From Candidatus Melainabacteria bacterium 17Bon1m (lineage in GTDB: Bacteria; Cyanobacteriota; Vampirovibrionia; Obscuribacterales; Obscuribacteraceae), in contig JAVLKG010000004.1 in assembly GCA_032128875.1 (NCBI GenBank), positions 320,001 through 384,000 on the forward strand: 64,000 nt of DNA. The letters run 5' to 3'. A program made the position numbers and the translations under genes. The notes under the pieces were generated by a model. It was not told where the DNA came from. It did no database searches and was given only the letters and a program-made list of their open reading frames with translations. Shown piece after piece: positions 37,799 to 48,061 of the stretch (the stretch's first letter is position 1; every line of letters begins with the position of its first letter).

Positions 37799-38428
37799 TT
37801 AATTTTTGCCTGTGGCTTTAACGGCAGATTCAATGACCTTGAAAGCGACGCTGGAGTCGCGCCATCCCAGGAGTTCAAATACACGACCCTTGCACATTGC
37901 ATTCACGTTGAAGAACAATTCGTATTCGCTTCGAATCGATGCAGGGATGTCCTTCCAGTTTGTCAATTCATCATAACGAACAGAATGGTTGTGAACACCG
38001 ATGACTCGGTCATTTCTCACCGTTTTTCCATCCTGAACCTGCTCTGCTTCAAGGACTCCGAGGATCTTCACTTGGACAAGACATCCGGGGAAAGCCGGTT
38101 CGTCCATGAGCACAATAATATCTAATGGGTCACCGTCTCCTGCAAGAGTGGATGGGACAAATCCAAAATCGAATGGCCACGCCAGACCCGCATGAAGGGC
38201 CGGCCCACATTCGAATAAATCCAAACTAGGCACGTACTTATATTTACTTCTGCTGCCTTTCGGGTTCTCGATAATGGCCCTGACAAGACCAGTCTTTTCG
38301 TCAATTATTCCCTTGCTTAGAGCAACTTTCAGCAAGCTGCCCTTCAGCATATCGGTCCCGTTGACCTTTATTTTCGGATTGCGTTTTGAACTCTTGCTTT
38401 TGCCTGCCTGCTTGCTTGTTTTTTTCAT
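37799..38428 (-). CDS. ppa: Family I inorganic pyrophosphatase
   Basis: IENPKGSRSKYKY, FGFVPSTLAGDGDPLDI, RNDR; ATGA overlap with the upstream SDR. Confidence 0.93.
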   Translation of the reverse strand: MKKTSKQAGKSKSSKRNPKIKVNGTDMLKGSLLKVALSKGIIDEKTGLVRAIIENPKGSRSKYKYVPSLDLFECGPALHAGLAWPFDFGFVPSTLAGDGDPLDIIVLMDEPAFPGCLVQVKILGVLEAEQVQDGKTVRNDRVIGVHNHSVRYDELTNWKDIPASIRSEYELFFNVNAMCKGRVFELLGWRDSSVAFKVIESAVKATGKN

Positions 38429-39327
38429 GAGGCTTCTTTTTTATAGTCGGCATGAACGCCTGTACCCATGTTGGAGGGTTTATCCAGATTACCTTTCGTG
38501 AAAGGCGCCGCGGGAGCCTGCTCAATCTGGGCTTTTTGAGTGTTCTTTGCCATCATCGCTTCTGTTGCTCCAGGCAACAGGGAATCTGACATGCTAAAAA
38601 TTCCGGCGCCTTTACCGACTGCGACTTCTGGTTTTGGCTTGAATACAAGATCAACGATTGCATCAATTACTTCCTGAGCATCGCTCAGGGGAGGAATCGG
38701 AACCGACTTTCTGCCAGTGTAGTTTGCGGCATGGTCGAAAAATGGAGTGTCCATTGCCATCGGAAGTACCGTACAGACGTGGATTCGATCTTTCTTCAAT
38801 TCTTGCAACTCTTGTCTCAAGGCTGCGCTCAAGCCGACAACGGCATGCTTTGCCGCTGCATAAGAGGCGTAATAAGGCGCCGGAATCTTGCCTATCATCG
38901 AAGCCACGTTGATGAGGGTGCCTTGTCCCTTTTCCATAAAATGTTGCATGGCAAAATAACTGCCACACATTGTTCCTGCCATATCGACGTCAATAACTTT
39001 CAAATGATCTGCTAGTGGTACTTCAGAGAAAACACCTATGGCGGCCGCACCGGCATTGTTAATCCAGACATCCACTTTGCCGAAACAATCGAGAGCCTGC
39101 TTGAAGAGCACAGCCACCTCGTTTGGGTCGGCAACGTCGGTTTGAACTGCAACCGCACTTGCTCCCAGCCTTGCGCATTCCGCAACCAGCTCTGCCAGCG
39201 CATCCTGTCGCCGCGCCGCCAGGACCAAAGAAGCACCCATTTTGGCAAATTCCAAGGCGCATCCTTTGCCGAAGCCACTCGAAGCGCCTGTTATAACAAT
39301 CGTTGTCCCGTATAATTTTCTATCCAC
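38425..39327 (-). CDS. Short-chain dehydrogenase/reductase
   Basis: TGASSGFG, WINNAG, YAAAK, MDTPFF; GTG start at 39327. Confidence 0.95.
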   Translation of the reverse strand: MDRKLYGTTIVITGASSGFGKGCALEFAKMGASLVLAARRQDALAELVAECARLGASAVAVQTDVADPNEVAVLFKQALDCFGKVDVWINNAGAAAIGVFSEVPLADHLKVIDVDMAGTMCGSYFAMQHFMEKGQGTLINVASMIGKIPAPYYASYAAAKHAVVGLSAALRQELQELKKDRIHVCTVLPMAMDTPFFDHAANYTGRKSVPIPPLSDAQEVIDAIVDLVFKPKPEVAVGKGAGIFSMSDSLLPGATEAMMAKNTQKAQIEQAPAAPFTKGNLDKPSNMGTGVHADYKKEAS

Positions 39328-39466
39328 AGCACAGCCCTCACAAAGAATGCAGTTTGTCCCCTCAATGACTGCATCTTTGTATGACTGAACCAAAGGGCGA
39401 AGTATCCCACTCCTAAGTCACGAAAGCATGTAACTTATCTATGGAAAACTAGTAATGTGCCTCGAG

Positions 39467-39997
39467 TCAGGCGATTTGCACTTGAGGCTTGGTTTTTGGC
39501 TGCAATTTAAAACTGCCGCTAGGCTCCATCTCACCTAAGGCTCTAGTTGCTTCTCTATGCAGCCAGCTGTCGCTACCGTCTGTGTCCAAACAGCACTGTA
39601 TGGCACGCTCCAGTTGGCGAGTACCTTCAGCATTTTTATCGAGGGCGATACAGATTAGACCAAGTTCGTAATGAACATTTGCCTTTTCCATGGATGAAGA
39701 GTGGTTGTTCTCTAACAAATTCAAAATTAGTTTGGCAGTGCAATAAGCTGCGCTCAAATCACCTATTTCAATAGAGCGAGAGGTTTGTTTTTTAAGTTTT
39801 GCAATTTCAGCCGCGGAATGAGGTTGCACCATATCTAATACCTGTCCTGTCTCAGTACGGTAGAAAACGAGTGGCCACGCAAAAAAATGTGCATAGTCTA
39901 TGAGAATTTTATAGATGGACTTTTTCAAGGTATATAACCCGATTTCGGTATAGAACTTGAGAGTTCCGACTTCTTCGGGCACCTGTCGTGTACTCAT
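39467..39997 (-). CDS. Hypothetical TPR-like protein
   Basis: GAGGT RBS; ANVHYELGLIC...QLERAI TPR-like helices. Confidence 0.65.
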   Translation of the reverse strand: MSTRQVPEEVGTLKFYTEIGLYTLKKSIYKILIDYAHFFAWPLVFYRTETGQVLDMVQPHSAAEIAKLKKQTSRSIEIGDLSAAYCTAKLILNLLENNHSSSMEKANVHYELGLICIALDKNAEGTRQLERAIQCCLDTDGSDSWLHREATRALGEMEPSGSFKLQPKTKPQVQIA

Positions 39998-40220
39998 CTA
40001 TACCTCGTGATTTTGCCGTCAGCATTAAGTTTGCTTATTTCCCGCAGCTACTGGCTTTTATGGGTTTGCATCTCTTAACTAACTGAGGACATGCGCGGCG
40101 TCCTCGGTTTGAATTTGCTGGCGTCGTCCAAATTAGCTTGTCAGAAATAAGTTTCATTAGTCGCGCAATTACTGCAATTTCTTGGTGGTAAAAAAAAGGT
40201 CTTAGCTTTCAGTGATTATT

Positions 40221-40245
40221 GGAACAATCGTAGTGATCGTCTGTC
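40221..40245 (+). promoter_or_regulatory. ECF-type promoter GGAAC-N17-GTC
   Basis: GGAAC aatcgtagtgatcgtct GTC, 38 nt upstream of ATG 40284. Confidence 0.65.
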
Positions 40246-40283
40246 CAGTTTGCAGAGAAACCAACCCCGATGAGGTATATAAC

Positions 40284-40913
40284 ATGCCGAGAACCAAGGC
40301 AAAAACTGCAGTTGCAAGCGATATCACTCAATTGCTACATGAAGATCATCAAAAGGTAAGAGAGTTATTTTTTCAGTTTGATAAAGCTGAAGACGAAGAC
40401 GAAAAGGAAGAGCTTGTAAAACAAATTATTACCGAGCTTTATGTTCATGCAAAACTAGAAGAAGATATCGTATATCCAAATGTAGAGGAAGAAGCTGAAG
40501 ATGCTCAAGACTTGGTCGACGAAGCCGAAAATGAGCATCGTATGGTCAAGTATTTAATGGCCGAACTTTCACAGATGACCGCAGATGAAGATCAGTTTGA
40601 CGCCAAAGTAACTGTCCTCTGCGAACTAGTCACACACCACATTCGCGAAGAAGAAAAGGAAATGTTCAAAAAGCTTCGCGAAAGTGGTGCGGATCTGGAA
40701 GAGCTTGCACAACAAGTTCGAGAGGCAAAAGAAGAACTGATGGCAGAACCAATTCCTCCAATGCAAGCAAGTCTCTCAATTGGAGACGAAGAGATTGAGT
40801 ACGAAGGAGAGGACGAGGAGGAAGAAGATCAAAGTAGAGCAAAATCCTCTTCGAAAGGACAAAGCAAATCTAATGTTCGTGGACGTTCGAACGGAAGAAA
40901 GAAGAGCGCATAG
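40284..40913 (+). CDS. Hemerythrin/HHE cation-binding domain protein
   Basis: LHEDH, HAKLEEDIVYP, AENEH, HHIREEEKEMF; GAGGT RBS; acidic then basic tail. Confidence 0.93.
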   Translation: MPRTKAKTAVASDITQLLHEDHQKVRELFFQFDKAEDEDEKEELVKQIITELYVHAKLEEDIVYPNVEEEAEDAQDLVDEAENEHRMVKYLMAELSQMTADEDQFDAKVTVLCELVTHHIREEEKEMFKKLRESGADLEELAQQVREAKEELMAEPIPPMQASLSIGDEEIEYEGEDEEEEDQSRAKSSSKGQSKSNVRGRSNGRKKSA

Positions 40914-40939
40914 AACCAGATAAGACCAAAACAGATTAC

Positions 40940-40971
40940 AAGGGACGGACAGCAAACAACTGTCCGTTCTT
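40940..40971 (+). terminator. Terminator hairpin after the hemerythrin gene
   Basis: AAGGGACGGACAG-caaacaa-CTGTCCGTTCTT. Confidence 0.6.
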
Positions 40972-42484
40972 GATGATCAAAAACTTAGATGAACTCATGG
41001 AACAATTTTTTTCGCATGTGTGTCAATCTGAACAGCTGAATGAATTCATTCATTTATTGTTACAATCGGGTTTAAAACGAAGCTTGAAAAACTCCCGCCC
41101 TGCCCATCTATCGAAGATCACGACAGTTTCTGCCAGTTTCTTGTTATTGCAATTGTGTTCCATAAGTGCTCTTGGGGCAACCCATGTAACTGAGATTGGT
41201 AGGTCCCCAGCTGGCACGCCAACCGAGCCGGTCAAATTCGGTTTCGTTTCAATAGGTCGACAAATAATTGCCGATCGATTGACGGATGAAGCCGTTCTGC
41301 GAAAGAAGGGAGTAAAGGCCGAGCTTCAGCGCAGTTTCAATTTGGCAATAGATGAGTGCAAGTCTATTGAATTTAGCCAGGTCATCAACTTATCGCAGCC
41401 AAAGTCGCAGCAACAGTTAACTGTCAAGCTGGACGGCTGTCGGGCAGACAATGAATCAATTCTTTTAAGCGGCATACTTATTGAAAGCAGCTTTCTTCTT
41501 AGGAATGAAGAAGGAAGGACTTTCCAAAATGGAAAGGATTATTCAATTGTGGACAATGGCACGCTGTTGAAGATACACGCGGAAGGCAGTGCGGCCAACG
41601 AAAATAAGCTAACAGCGCGATATAAGTGTTGGCTCAGCCGTATCGACACAATTGCCATGGATGAAAACTATACACTCAAAGTTGTTAAAGGAAACGGCTA
41701 TACATCGGCACCGGAAGTCAATACTAATCTTGAGGGCAAAATTCCAATTGCTAATGTCTGGGTAGTTGGTGGCGAAGCCGGCATCGATTCAGGAAAAATA
41801 TGGGAAATAAGGCAAAAGAGATCCACAAAGGGATTGTACAAAAAGCCTGCCTGTAGAGCATCTTTTGTCTCATTGCGTCAAAAGTTGGAATCCGGAGATA
41901 AAATCAAAATTGGTTTTTTGGGTGACAGCGTAACTGGTGGCAGTAGTGCCAGAGAAAAGAAATTTGCATTTCCTCAATTAGTCGAAGCAAGGCTGAGAAA
42001 AGAGTTTCCAAATGCAATCGTAGAAACTGCGATTCTTGCTATGGGTGGAAAGAAGTGTGCTGACACAATTCCGCTATTGCCAGAATTTTTAGACACACAA
42101 AAACCAGACATCTTGTTTGTGGAATTTGTCAACGATTTGTCCGCAGGAATAGAAACTCTGGCAGCTCCTTACCAACAACTAGAAGATATTTGTAGACAAC
42201 GCAGAATAAAGCTTTGTCTTATTTCTCCGCACTACCCAATCCCACTGCTGGCAAATGCCCGCAGCTGGTCAACTATAAAGGACAACCCTTATTTCAAATT
42301 TTTGAGAATAATGACGCAGGGTCGCGGGACAGAATTGATCGATGTGTCCAGTCGATGGCAACATCTAGAGGATGAAGGCTTACGTCCGCATGTTTTGCTG
42401 GTAAACCGTATAAACCATCCAAACAATACGGGACATCAGATCTATGCTACAGAGCTGCTGAAATGCTTTGGAATAGCTGATTGA
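40970..42484 (+). CDS. SGNH/GDSL hydrolase domain protein with unknown N-terminal domain (true start probably further downstream)
   Basis: FLGDSVT, GG, VEFVND and NHPNNTGH blocks in the C-terminal ~200 aa. Confidence 0.85.
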   Translation: MMIKNLDELMEQFFSHVCQSEQLNEFIHLLLQSGLKRSLKNSRPAHLSKITTVSASFLLLQLCSISALGATHVTEIGRSPAGTPTEPVKFGFVSIGRQIIADRLTDEAVLRKKGVKAELQRSFNLAIDECKSIEFSQVINLSQPKSQQQLTVKLDGCRADNESILLSGILIESSFLLRNEEGRTFQNGKDYSIVDNGTLLKIHAEGSAANENKLTARYKCWLSRIDTIAMDENYTLKVVKGNGYTSAPEVNTNLEGKIPIANVWVVGGEAGIDSGKIWEIRQKRSTKGLYKKPACRASFVSLRQKLESGDKIKIGFLGDSVTGGSSAREKKFAFPQLVEARLRKEFPNAIVETAILAMGGKKCADTIPLLPEFLDTQKPDILFVEFVNDLSAGIETLAAPYQQLEDICRQRRIKLCLISPHYPIPLLANARSWSTIKDNPYFKFLRIMTQGRGTELIDVSSRWQHLEDEGLRPHVLLVNRINHPNNTGHQIYATELLKCFGIAD

Positions 42485-42511
42485 GCTGTAATTGAATGAG
42501 CTTTGTTCAAC

Positions 42512-42706
42512 TCAAGCGATGTCTCGTTTTTCGCGATTGACGGTCGGAATTACGATGATGCGCTGATTTGTAAAATCTACAGCCCTTGTGCCTTTGATTT
42601 CCGACGAGTCTGCGTATTTCAGGGCGTCTTCGAATGTCTCAAAGGTTTTGGTTTTTTTTCCCAGTGTGACGGTCCATTCTGCCGGCTGTTTTTTCTCGTT
42701 TTTCAT
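42512..42706 (-). CDS. Small hypothetical protein (64 aa)
   Basis: GGAAGGTG RBS-like sequence and exact GGAAC-N17-GTC promoter 26 nt upstream of ATG 42706. Confidence 0.6.
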   Translation of the reverse strand: MKNEKKQPAEWTVTLGKKTKTFETFEDALKYADSSEIKGTRAVDFTNQRIIVIPTVNREKRDIA

Positions 42707-42732
42707 AACTGCCACCTTCCCGATGGCAGTGA

Positions 42733-42757
42733 GACTACAAAAGTGTCTCCAAGTTCC
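42733..42757 (-). promoter_or_regulatory. ECF-type promoter GGAAC-N17-GTC
   Basis: GGAAC ttggagacacttttgta GTC. Confidence 0.65.
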
Positions 42758-42932
42758 AGATAAGTGGCCTAAGTACTCACGCGGGATCAATTACATCTGT
42801 GAAACTCTCGATCCGTGCGAATTTATCTGCGTACAGATTAAATTCGCGCATCTTGAAAAGGGAAGTGCGGTATCTTGGCGAGCACGTCAAATGACGACAT
42901 CTTTAAGGTCATCAGATTTAAAAGGAGCAGGC

Positions 42933-43589
42933 ATGGCAGAAGGGAATCGCGAAGATTCAAGTGACATGCAGCGACGACCCGATAAAGCGGGTGGCGTCAC
43001 GCGCAGATCGTTTTTGCGGCATCTTGGAGCTGCGGGTATTGCAGCTGCCGCATTGCCCGGAGGAGCAAATTCAAAAGATATGACGGCTGAAGAAAAGACT
43101 TTGGATACTGTGGCGCCAATTGCAGGAGCCGTCCCTGTGACGCTCGTAATCAACAAGAAAAAGCATGCGCTGAAGATTGATCCTCGCACTACTTTGCTTG
43201 ACTGTATCCGCGAAAATTTGGAAATCACGGGCACGAAGAAAGGTTGCGATCATGGGCAGTGTGGAGCCTGTACAGTTCATGTAAATGGTCGACGAGTCAA
43301 TTCGTGCTTGACACTTGCAGTAATGCATGATGGCGATGAAATTACCACTATAGAAGGTCTGGGACAGCCAGATAATCTGCACCCTTTGCAGTCTGCGTTT
43401 ATCGACTGTGACGCCTACCAGTGTGGATATTGCACTTCTGGCCAACTCATGTCGGCGGCGGCTTTACTGAATGAGCCTTGTGGACATTCTGTCGATGATA
43501 TTCGTGAAGCGATGAGTGGAAACATTTGCCGCTGTGGCGCCTACCCCAACATTATTGCCGCGATCCAACAAGTTCGCGCAAAGGCTTAG
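42933..43589 (+). CDS. paoA: Aldehyde oxidoreductase 2x[2Fe-2S] subunit with Tat signal (PaoA/YagT-like)
   Basis: AGGAG RBS; TRRSFL; GTKKGCDHGQCGACTV, QCGYCT, GNICRCGAY. Confidence 0.93.
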   Translation: MAEGNREDSSDMQRRPDKAGGVTRRSFLRHLGAAGIAAAALPGGANSKDMTAEEKTLDTVAPIAGAVPVTLVINKKKHALKIDPRTTLLDCIRENLEITGTKKGCDHGQCGACTVHVNGRRVNSCLTLAVMHDGDEITTIEGLGQPDNLHPLQSAFIDCDAYQCGYCTSGQLMSAAALLNEPCGHSVDDIREAMSGNICRCGAYPNIIAAIQQVRAKA

Positions 43590-43600
43590 GGCTGAGAAAA

Positions 43601-44599
43601 ATGAAACTATTTGCGTTTGAAAAGTGTTCTGATATATCTGATGCGGTAAAGAAAACATCCGCTAGTGATACCGCGCAACATGGCGCCAATATTCGTTTTG
43701 TTGCTGGTGGTACCACTCTGCTTGATTTGATGAAATTGAGCGTTGAGACGCCGGATACCCTGGTAGATATCAATCGGCTTCCTTTAGATAAGATTGAAAC
43801 CACCCGTGATGGCGGTATAAAAGTTGGCGCTCTGGTTAGAAATTCTGATCTTGCTAATCATCCATATGTGAAGTCGCATTTCCCCGTACTCTCCGAAGCA
43901 CTCTTGTCGGGTGCTTCCGCACAGTTGCGAAATATGGCGACGACTGGTGGCAACCTTCTTCAAAAGACCAGATGCGTTTATTTCAGAGACACTGCATATG
44001 CATGCAACAAGCGTGAGCCAGGCAGTGGATGTCCTGCAATCGAAGGTGAAAATAGAACACTAGCTATCCTTGGCACCAGTGATAGTTGCATTGCAACCAA
44101 TCCCTCTGATATGAGCGTAGCTCTAATGGCGCTGGAAGCAACCATCGTGATTAAAGGACCTGGGGGCGAGCGAGAGGTGGCAATTGATGAATTCTTTCTT
44201 TTGCCGGGCTCAACACCGCATATTGAGAATGTTTTGAAACCCGGCGATTTGATCACGCATGTTGTGGTTAAGCCTATTCCAGCAGGAAGCAAGTCTGTAT
44301 ATTTGAAGCTTAGAGATCGCGCTTCTTACGAATTTGCTTTGGCATCGGCGGCGGTGATAGTGCAAGTCGAAAATGGAAAGGTTTCTCGTGCGCGCATTGC
44401 CATGGGTGGTGTTGGCACTAAGCCCTGGCGTTCGCTCGAAGCTGAAAAGTTATTGTCCGGCTCAGCAGCTAATGAAGCAAATTTCCGTAAAGCTGCTGAA
44501 GAGGCACTTAGAAATGCAAAACCTCAAAGCCACAACAAGTTTAAGATCGAGCTTGCCAAAAGATGCGTAAGCCATGCCTTGAAAATGGCGACAACCTGA
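43601..44599 (+). CDS. paoB: Aldehyde oxidoreductase FAD-binding subunit (PaoB/YagS-like)
   Basis: AGGTTLLDLMK, GASAQLRNMATTGGNLLQ, Cys insert RCVYF...CNKR...GC...CIA, KLRDRASYEFA. Confidence 0.95.
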   Translation: MKLFAFEKCSDISDAVKKTSASDTAQHGANIRFVAGGTTLLDLMKLSVETPDTLVDINRLPLDKIETTRDGGIKVGALVRNSDLANHPYVKSHFPVLSEALLSGASAQLRNMATTGGNLLQKTRCVYFRDTAYACNKREPGSGCPAIEGENRTLAILGTSDSCIATNPSDMSVALMALEATIVIKGPGGEREVAIDEFFLLPGSTPHIENVLKPGDLITHVVVKPIPAGSKSVYLKLRDRASYEFALASAAVIVQVENGKVSRARIAMGGVGTKPWRSLEAEKLLSGSAANEANFRKAAEEALRNAKPQSHNKFKIELAKRCVSHALKMATT

Positions 44600-44669
44600 T
44601 TTCGAAGCAGGCTTGAACGGCAAACTCGGAAAAACAGACTCAGCAATCATTGATTTAAGAGATATAGAA

Positions 44670-46889
44670 ATGCCAGCTACAAAAGACAAAAGTAATTCTC
44701 CTATCGGAAGAGAAACTAAGCGCATCGACGGTCCCCTGAAGGTGACTGGCAATGCTATCTATACTTCCGATCATAGCTTTCCTGGAATGCTGTATGCAGT
44801 GCCTGTCGGATCTACGATTGCTAACGGTTCGATAGCAAAACTCGACACCAGAGACGCTGAGAAAATGCCCGGAGTAAAAGGCGTGTTTCACCGTGCCAAT
44901 ATCGGCAAACTTTTCAGAGTGGCACCAAATTCTGACTACAACGCTTTCTCAGATGAAGACCGTCCTCCGTTTGAAGATGATGTTGTTAGGTATTACGGTC
45001 AGTACGTTGCTGTTGCTGTTGCAGATACATTCGAACAAGCTACCGCAGCGGCCGAAGCTGTAAAAGTCACTTACAACGAAAAGAAGCCGAATGTCGATAC
45101 TCATCTCACAGCTGATACCAAGGTAAAAGTTGATAGTGAGCGAGGTGACGCACAAAAAGCATTCGATTCAGCCAGCATAAAGTTGGACGAAACCTATGTC
45201 ACTCCTGCAGAAACCCACAATGTGATCGAGCTTCACTCAAGTGTCGCTGTTTATGATGGCACCACGTTCACCCTGTATGAAACTACGCAGGGCGTAATGA
45301 ATCATCGCAATGTGCTGTGTCAGGTCCTTGGCGTTGAACCCGAACATGTGAAGGTTATATCGAAGTTTTTAGGCTCTGGGTTTGGCAGCAAAATCACACC
45401 TTGGCCACAAAGCGCGCTCGCTGCTGCTCTAGCAAGAAAGCTGGGTAAACCGATAAAAATCGTACTTTCTCGTAAGATGGCATTTCATGCTGCGGGTCAT
45501 CGTCCTCGCACACAGCAGCGCGTGCGAATTAGCGCAGACACCAGTGGAAAGCTCACATCTATTCAGCACGACTACTTGAATCACACATCAATGCTGGACG
45601 ATTACAAAGAGAACTGCGGAGAGTGCACAAAGTATTTCTACAGTTGTCCTAACGTCCGTATAACAACAGCGCTCTCCCGCAGAAACATCGGCACGCCCAC
45701 CTCGATGCGCGGTCCCGGCGCCGTGCCCGGTCTGTTCGCAACCGAGTCCGCGCTGGATGAATTGGCAATCAAGTTGAAGATGGATCCGATGCAACTTCGA
45801 CTTATCAATGAACCTGAAAAGGATGAAGATCTGAACATTCCTTTTGCCTCTCGCAATCTCGTAGATTGTTATAAGGCTGGTGCAGAAAAATTCGGATGGG
45901 CGAGAAGAGATCCGAAAATCGGCTCAATGAAACGGGATGGACTTACGCTTGGCTGGGGAATGGCTGGTGCAGGTTGGATCGCCGAGCGCTGGCCGGCGGA
46001 GGCCACTGTTGAGTTGCGTAATGACGGAACCGCTAAAGTCTCCACTGGGACACAAGATATAGGCACTGGCACTTACACGGTACTTGCACAGGTTCTTGCC
46101 GACAAAGTCGGTTTGAGCCTGGAAAAATGCGAAGTGGTGCTTGGTGATTCTTCTTTGCCTCCCGGTCCATTATCTGGTGGCTCGATGGCTACCGCCTCAT
46201 TGATACCTGCTGTTGCTAAAGCCGCTCAAAAGGCGATTGGGACTCTTTTGAGTGCCGCGGTAAAAACGCCAGGAGCCAAGTACTTTGGCGTTGACCAGAA
46301 GGAAATGACCTACACCGAAGGTATGGTTCACAAAAAAGACGAATCAGCCTCAGCAGGTATTCCCTTTCAGCAAGTTCTTGACTCTGGAAACTTCAAGTTT
46401 ATCCTCGGCAAGGGCTCATCCGAAAGCACTTTTACGGGCAAGCCTGAATCCTCCAAGCATTCCTATGGTGCTCACTTTGTTGAAGTTACGTGGCAAGAGG
46501 AGATTGCACGTTTGCGCATCAGCCGTGTTGTCACAGTTATCGACGCAGGAAAAATAATCAATCCGAAAGCAGGGCGCAATCAAATCGAGGGCGCTGTGGT
46601 TATGGGAATTGGAATGGCGTTATTTGAACATACCAATTATGAGCCCACCAAAGGCGCACCACTCAATAGCAACTTGGCGGACTACATTCTTGCCGTCAAT
46701 GCAGACGTTCCGGATCTGGAAGTTCATTTTCTCGAGTTCGAAAACAAAGACTTGAATGAATATGGTGCCCGAGGAATTGGAGAAATCGGGCTTGCCGGAC
46801 TGGCTGCCGCAATTGCGAATGCAGTTCATCATGCCACCGGTATTCGGATACGTGAATTGCCAATCAAGATCGAAGATCTTTTGGTGTAA
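44670..46889 (+). CDS. paoC: Aldehyde oxidoreductase molybdopterin-binding subunit (PaoC/YagR-like)
   Basis: RIDGPLKVTG, GSGFGSK, MRGPG, QDIGTG, SGGS, QIEG, GARGIGEIG. Confidence 0.95.
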   Translation: MPATKDKSNSPIGRETKRIDGPLKVTGNAIYTSDHSFPGMLYAVPVGSTIANGSIAKLDTRDAEKMPGVKGVFHRANIGKLFRVAPNSDYNAFSDEDRPPFEDDVVRYYGQYVAVAVADTFEQATAAAEAVKVTYNEKKPNVDTHLTADTKVKVDSERGDAQKAFDSASIKLDETYVTPAETHNVIELHSSVAVYDGTTFTLYETTQGVMNHRNVLCQVLGVEPEHVKVISKFLGSGFGSKITPWPQSALAAALARKLGKPIKIVLSRKMAFHAAGHRPRTQQRVRISADTSGKLTSIQHDYLNHTSMLDDYKENCGECTKYFYSCPNVRITTALSRRNIGTPTSMRGPGAVPGLFATESALDELAIKLKMDPMQLRLINEPEKDEDLNIPFASRNLVDCYKAGAEKFGWARRDPKIGSMKRDGLTLGWGMAGAGWIAERWPAEATVELRNDGTAKVSTGTQDIGTGTYTVLAQVLADKVGLSLEKCEVVLGDSSLPPGPLSGGSMATASLIPAVAKAAQKAIGTLLSAAVKTPGAKYFGVDQKEMTYTEGMVHKKDESASAGIPFQQVLDSGNFKFILGKGSSESTFTGKPESSKHSYGAHFVEVTWQEEIARLRISRVVTVIDAGKIINPKAGRNQIEGAVVMGIGMALFEHTNYEPTKGAPLNSNLADYILAVNADVPDLEVHFLEFENKDLNEYGARGIGEIGLAGLAAAIANAVHHATGIRIRELPIKIEDLLV

Positions 46890-46951
46890 TCAATAGGATT
46901 ATCCGAATCAAGCTATCATATAAGCGGACACATGCAGGAAACATCTAAGGC

Positions 46952-48061
46952 ATGAGCGAGATACAAGAAATACTGTCCTTCTATGAGCAATGCTTGCGAC
47001 AAGAGCGCAGATGCGCGCTGGCAACTGTGGTAAAAACCTCCGGACCGTCCTATAGAAGTCCGGGTGCACGCTCAATTGTTTGCGATGATGGCTCGTTCAG
47101 AGGAGGACTCTCTGCTGGTTGTCTCGAGGGTGATATATCTTGTCGGCTCGATGGTGATAAGAAGTCCTTTGTCGTTGAGTACGACCTCTCGGCTGAAGAC
47201 GATGTGCGAGGCTTTCCATTCGGTTGTGGTGGTTCTGTAGAAATACTTGTAGAACCTCTGCCTAATGCACAAGCGATGCACGCGGCAGAATGGTTCGCTT
47301 CGCTAGATCAGCCTGCTGTACTGCTGACTGCGGTGAGCGGTGGTGGTAGTATCGAGATTGGTGCCAGATATGGAATGAATGCGTCTTGCGATTCGACTTA
47401 TCACGGCAAATTAAAGTTTCAGGGAATGGAAACGCTTGCACTGAGTGTTCTCTCTGAGCGCAAAAGCAAAGTAGTGCCAATCGAATCAAATGGCAAACAG
47501 ATAAAAATCTTTGCCGAATACTATGAGCCACCAATTAACTTATACGTATTTGGTGATGGTGAAGATGCTCGTATTTTAGAAACTTGCGCAGTTTCGCATG
47601 GGTTGAACGTCACTAGGGTTTCGCGAAATGAATTGCGCTCTGCGGAGCCATTAATCAAGATGTTTCCGCGACTTGGACATGCCTTTACCGCAGTCATGGC
47701 ACATGATCTGAATATCGATAGTGATGTTGTACAGCAGTTACTTTTGATCAATCCTCCTTACCTCGGAATTATGGGACCGCGCAGTCGTACCGAGCGAATG
47801 TTCAATTCATTCGAACCAAACTGGCAAGCTGCCATTCATCGAGGCAATATTTTCTCTCCTATTGGTCTGGACATGGGCGCCGAGACACCGCGAGAAATTG
47901 CACTTTCGATTTTGGCGGAAATCCACACTGTTGCGCGTGGCCGTGTTCCACAGCATCTGCGCGATGCAGATGGAGCTATTCATGAGCGTATTTTTCGCGT
48001 AGGCGGCAGTGAATCGAAAAGAGTCAAGTCATATTCGGCGAGCAAAGTTTCTCTTAGATAA
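46952..48061 (+). CDS. paoD: XdhC/CoxI family Moco maturation protein (PaoD-like)
   Basis: LATVV..SGPSYRSPGA, LSAGCLE, GCGG, PIGLDMGAETPREIALSILAEI. Confidence 0.9.
   Translation: MSEIQEILSFYEQCLRQERRCALATVVKTSGPSYRSPGARSIVCDDGSFRGGLSAGCLEGDISCRLDGDKKSFVVEYDLSAEDDVRGFPFGCGGSVEILVEPLPNAQAMHAAEWFASLDQPAVLLTAVSGGGSIEIGARYGMNASCDSTYHGKLKFQGMETLALSVLSERKSKVVPIESNGKQIKIFAEYYEPPINLYVFGDGEDARILETCAVSHGLNVTRVSRNELRSAEPLIKMFPRLGHAFTAVMAHDLNIDSDVVQQLLLINPPYLGIMGPRSRTERMFNSFEPNWQAAIHRGNIFSPIGLDMGAETPREIALSILAEIHTVARGRVPQHLRDADGAIHERIFRVGGSESKRVKSYSASKVSLR

Noticed and set aside
39383-40052. Degenerate ECF-like matches GGATA-N17-GTC (before the SDR) and GGAAA-N17-GAC (before the 39997 ORF)
   Set aside because: Two mismatches in an 8-base motif are too likely by chance, so they were not counted in the regulon.
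42817-42847. Imperfect inverted repeat upstream of paoA as a Moco riboswitch
   Set aside because: Only a single hairpin, and I could not identify the multi-stem Moco RNA motif.
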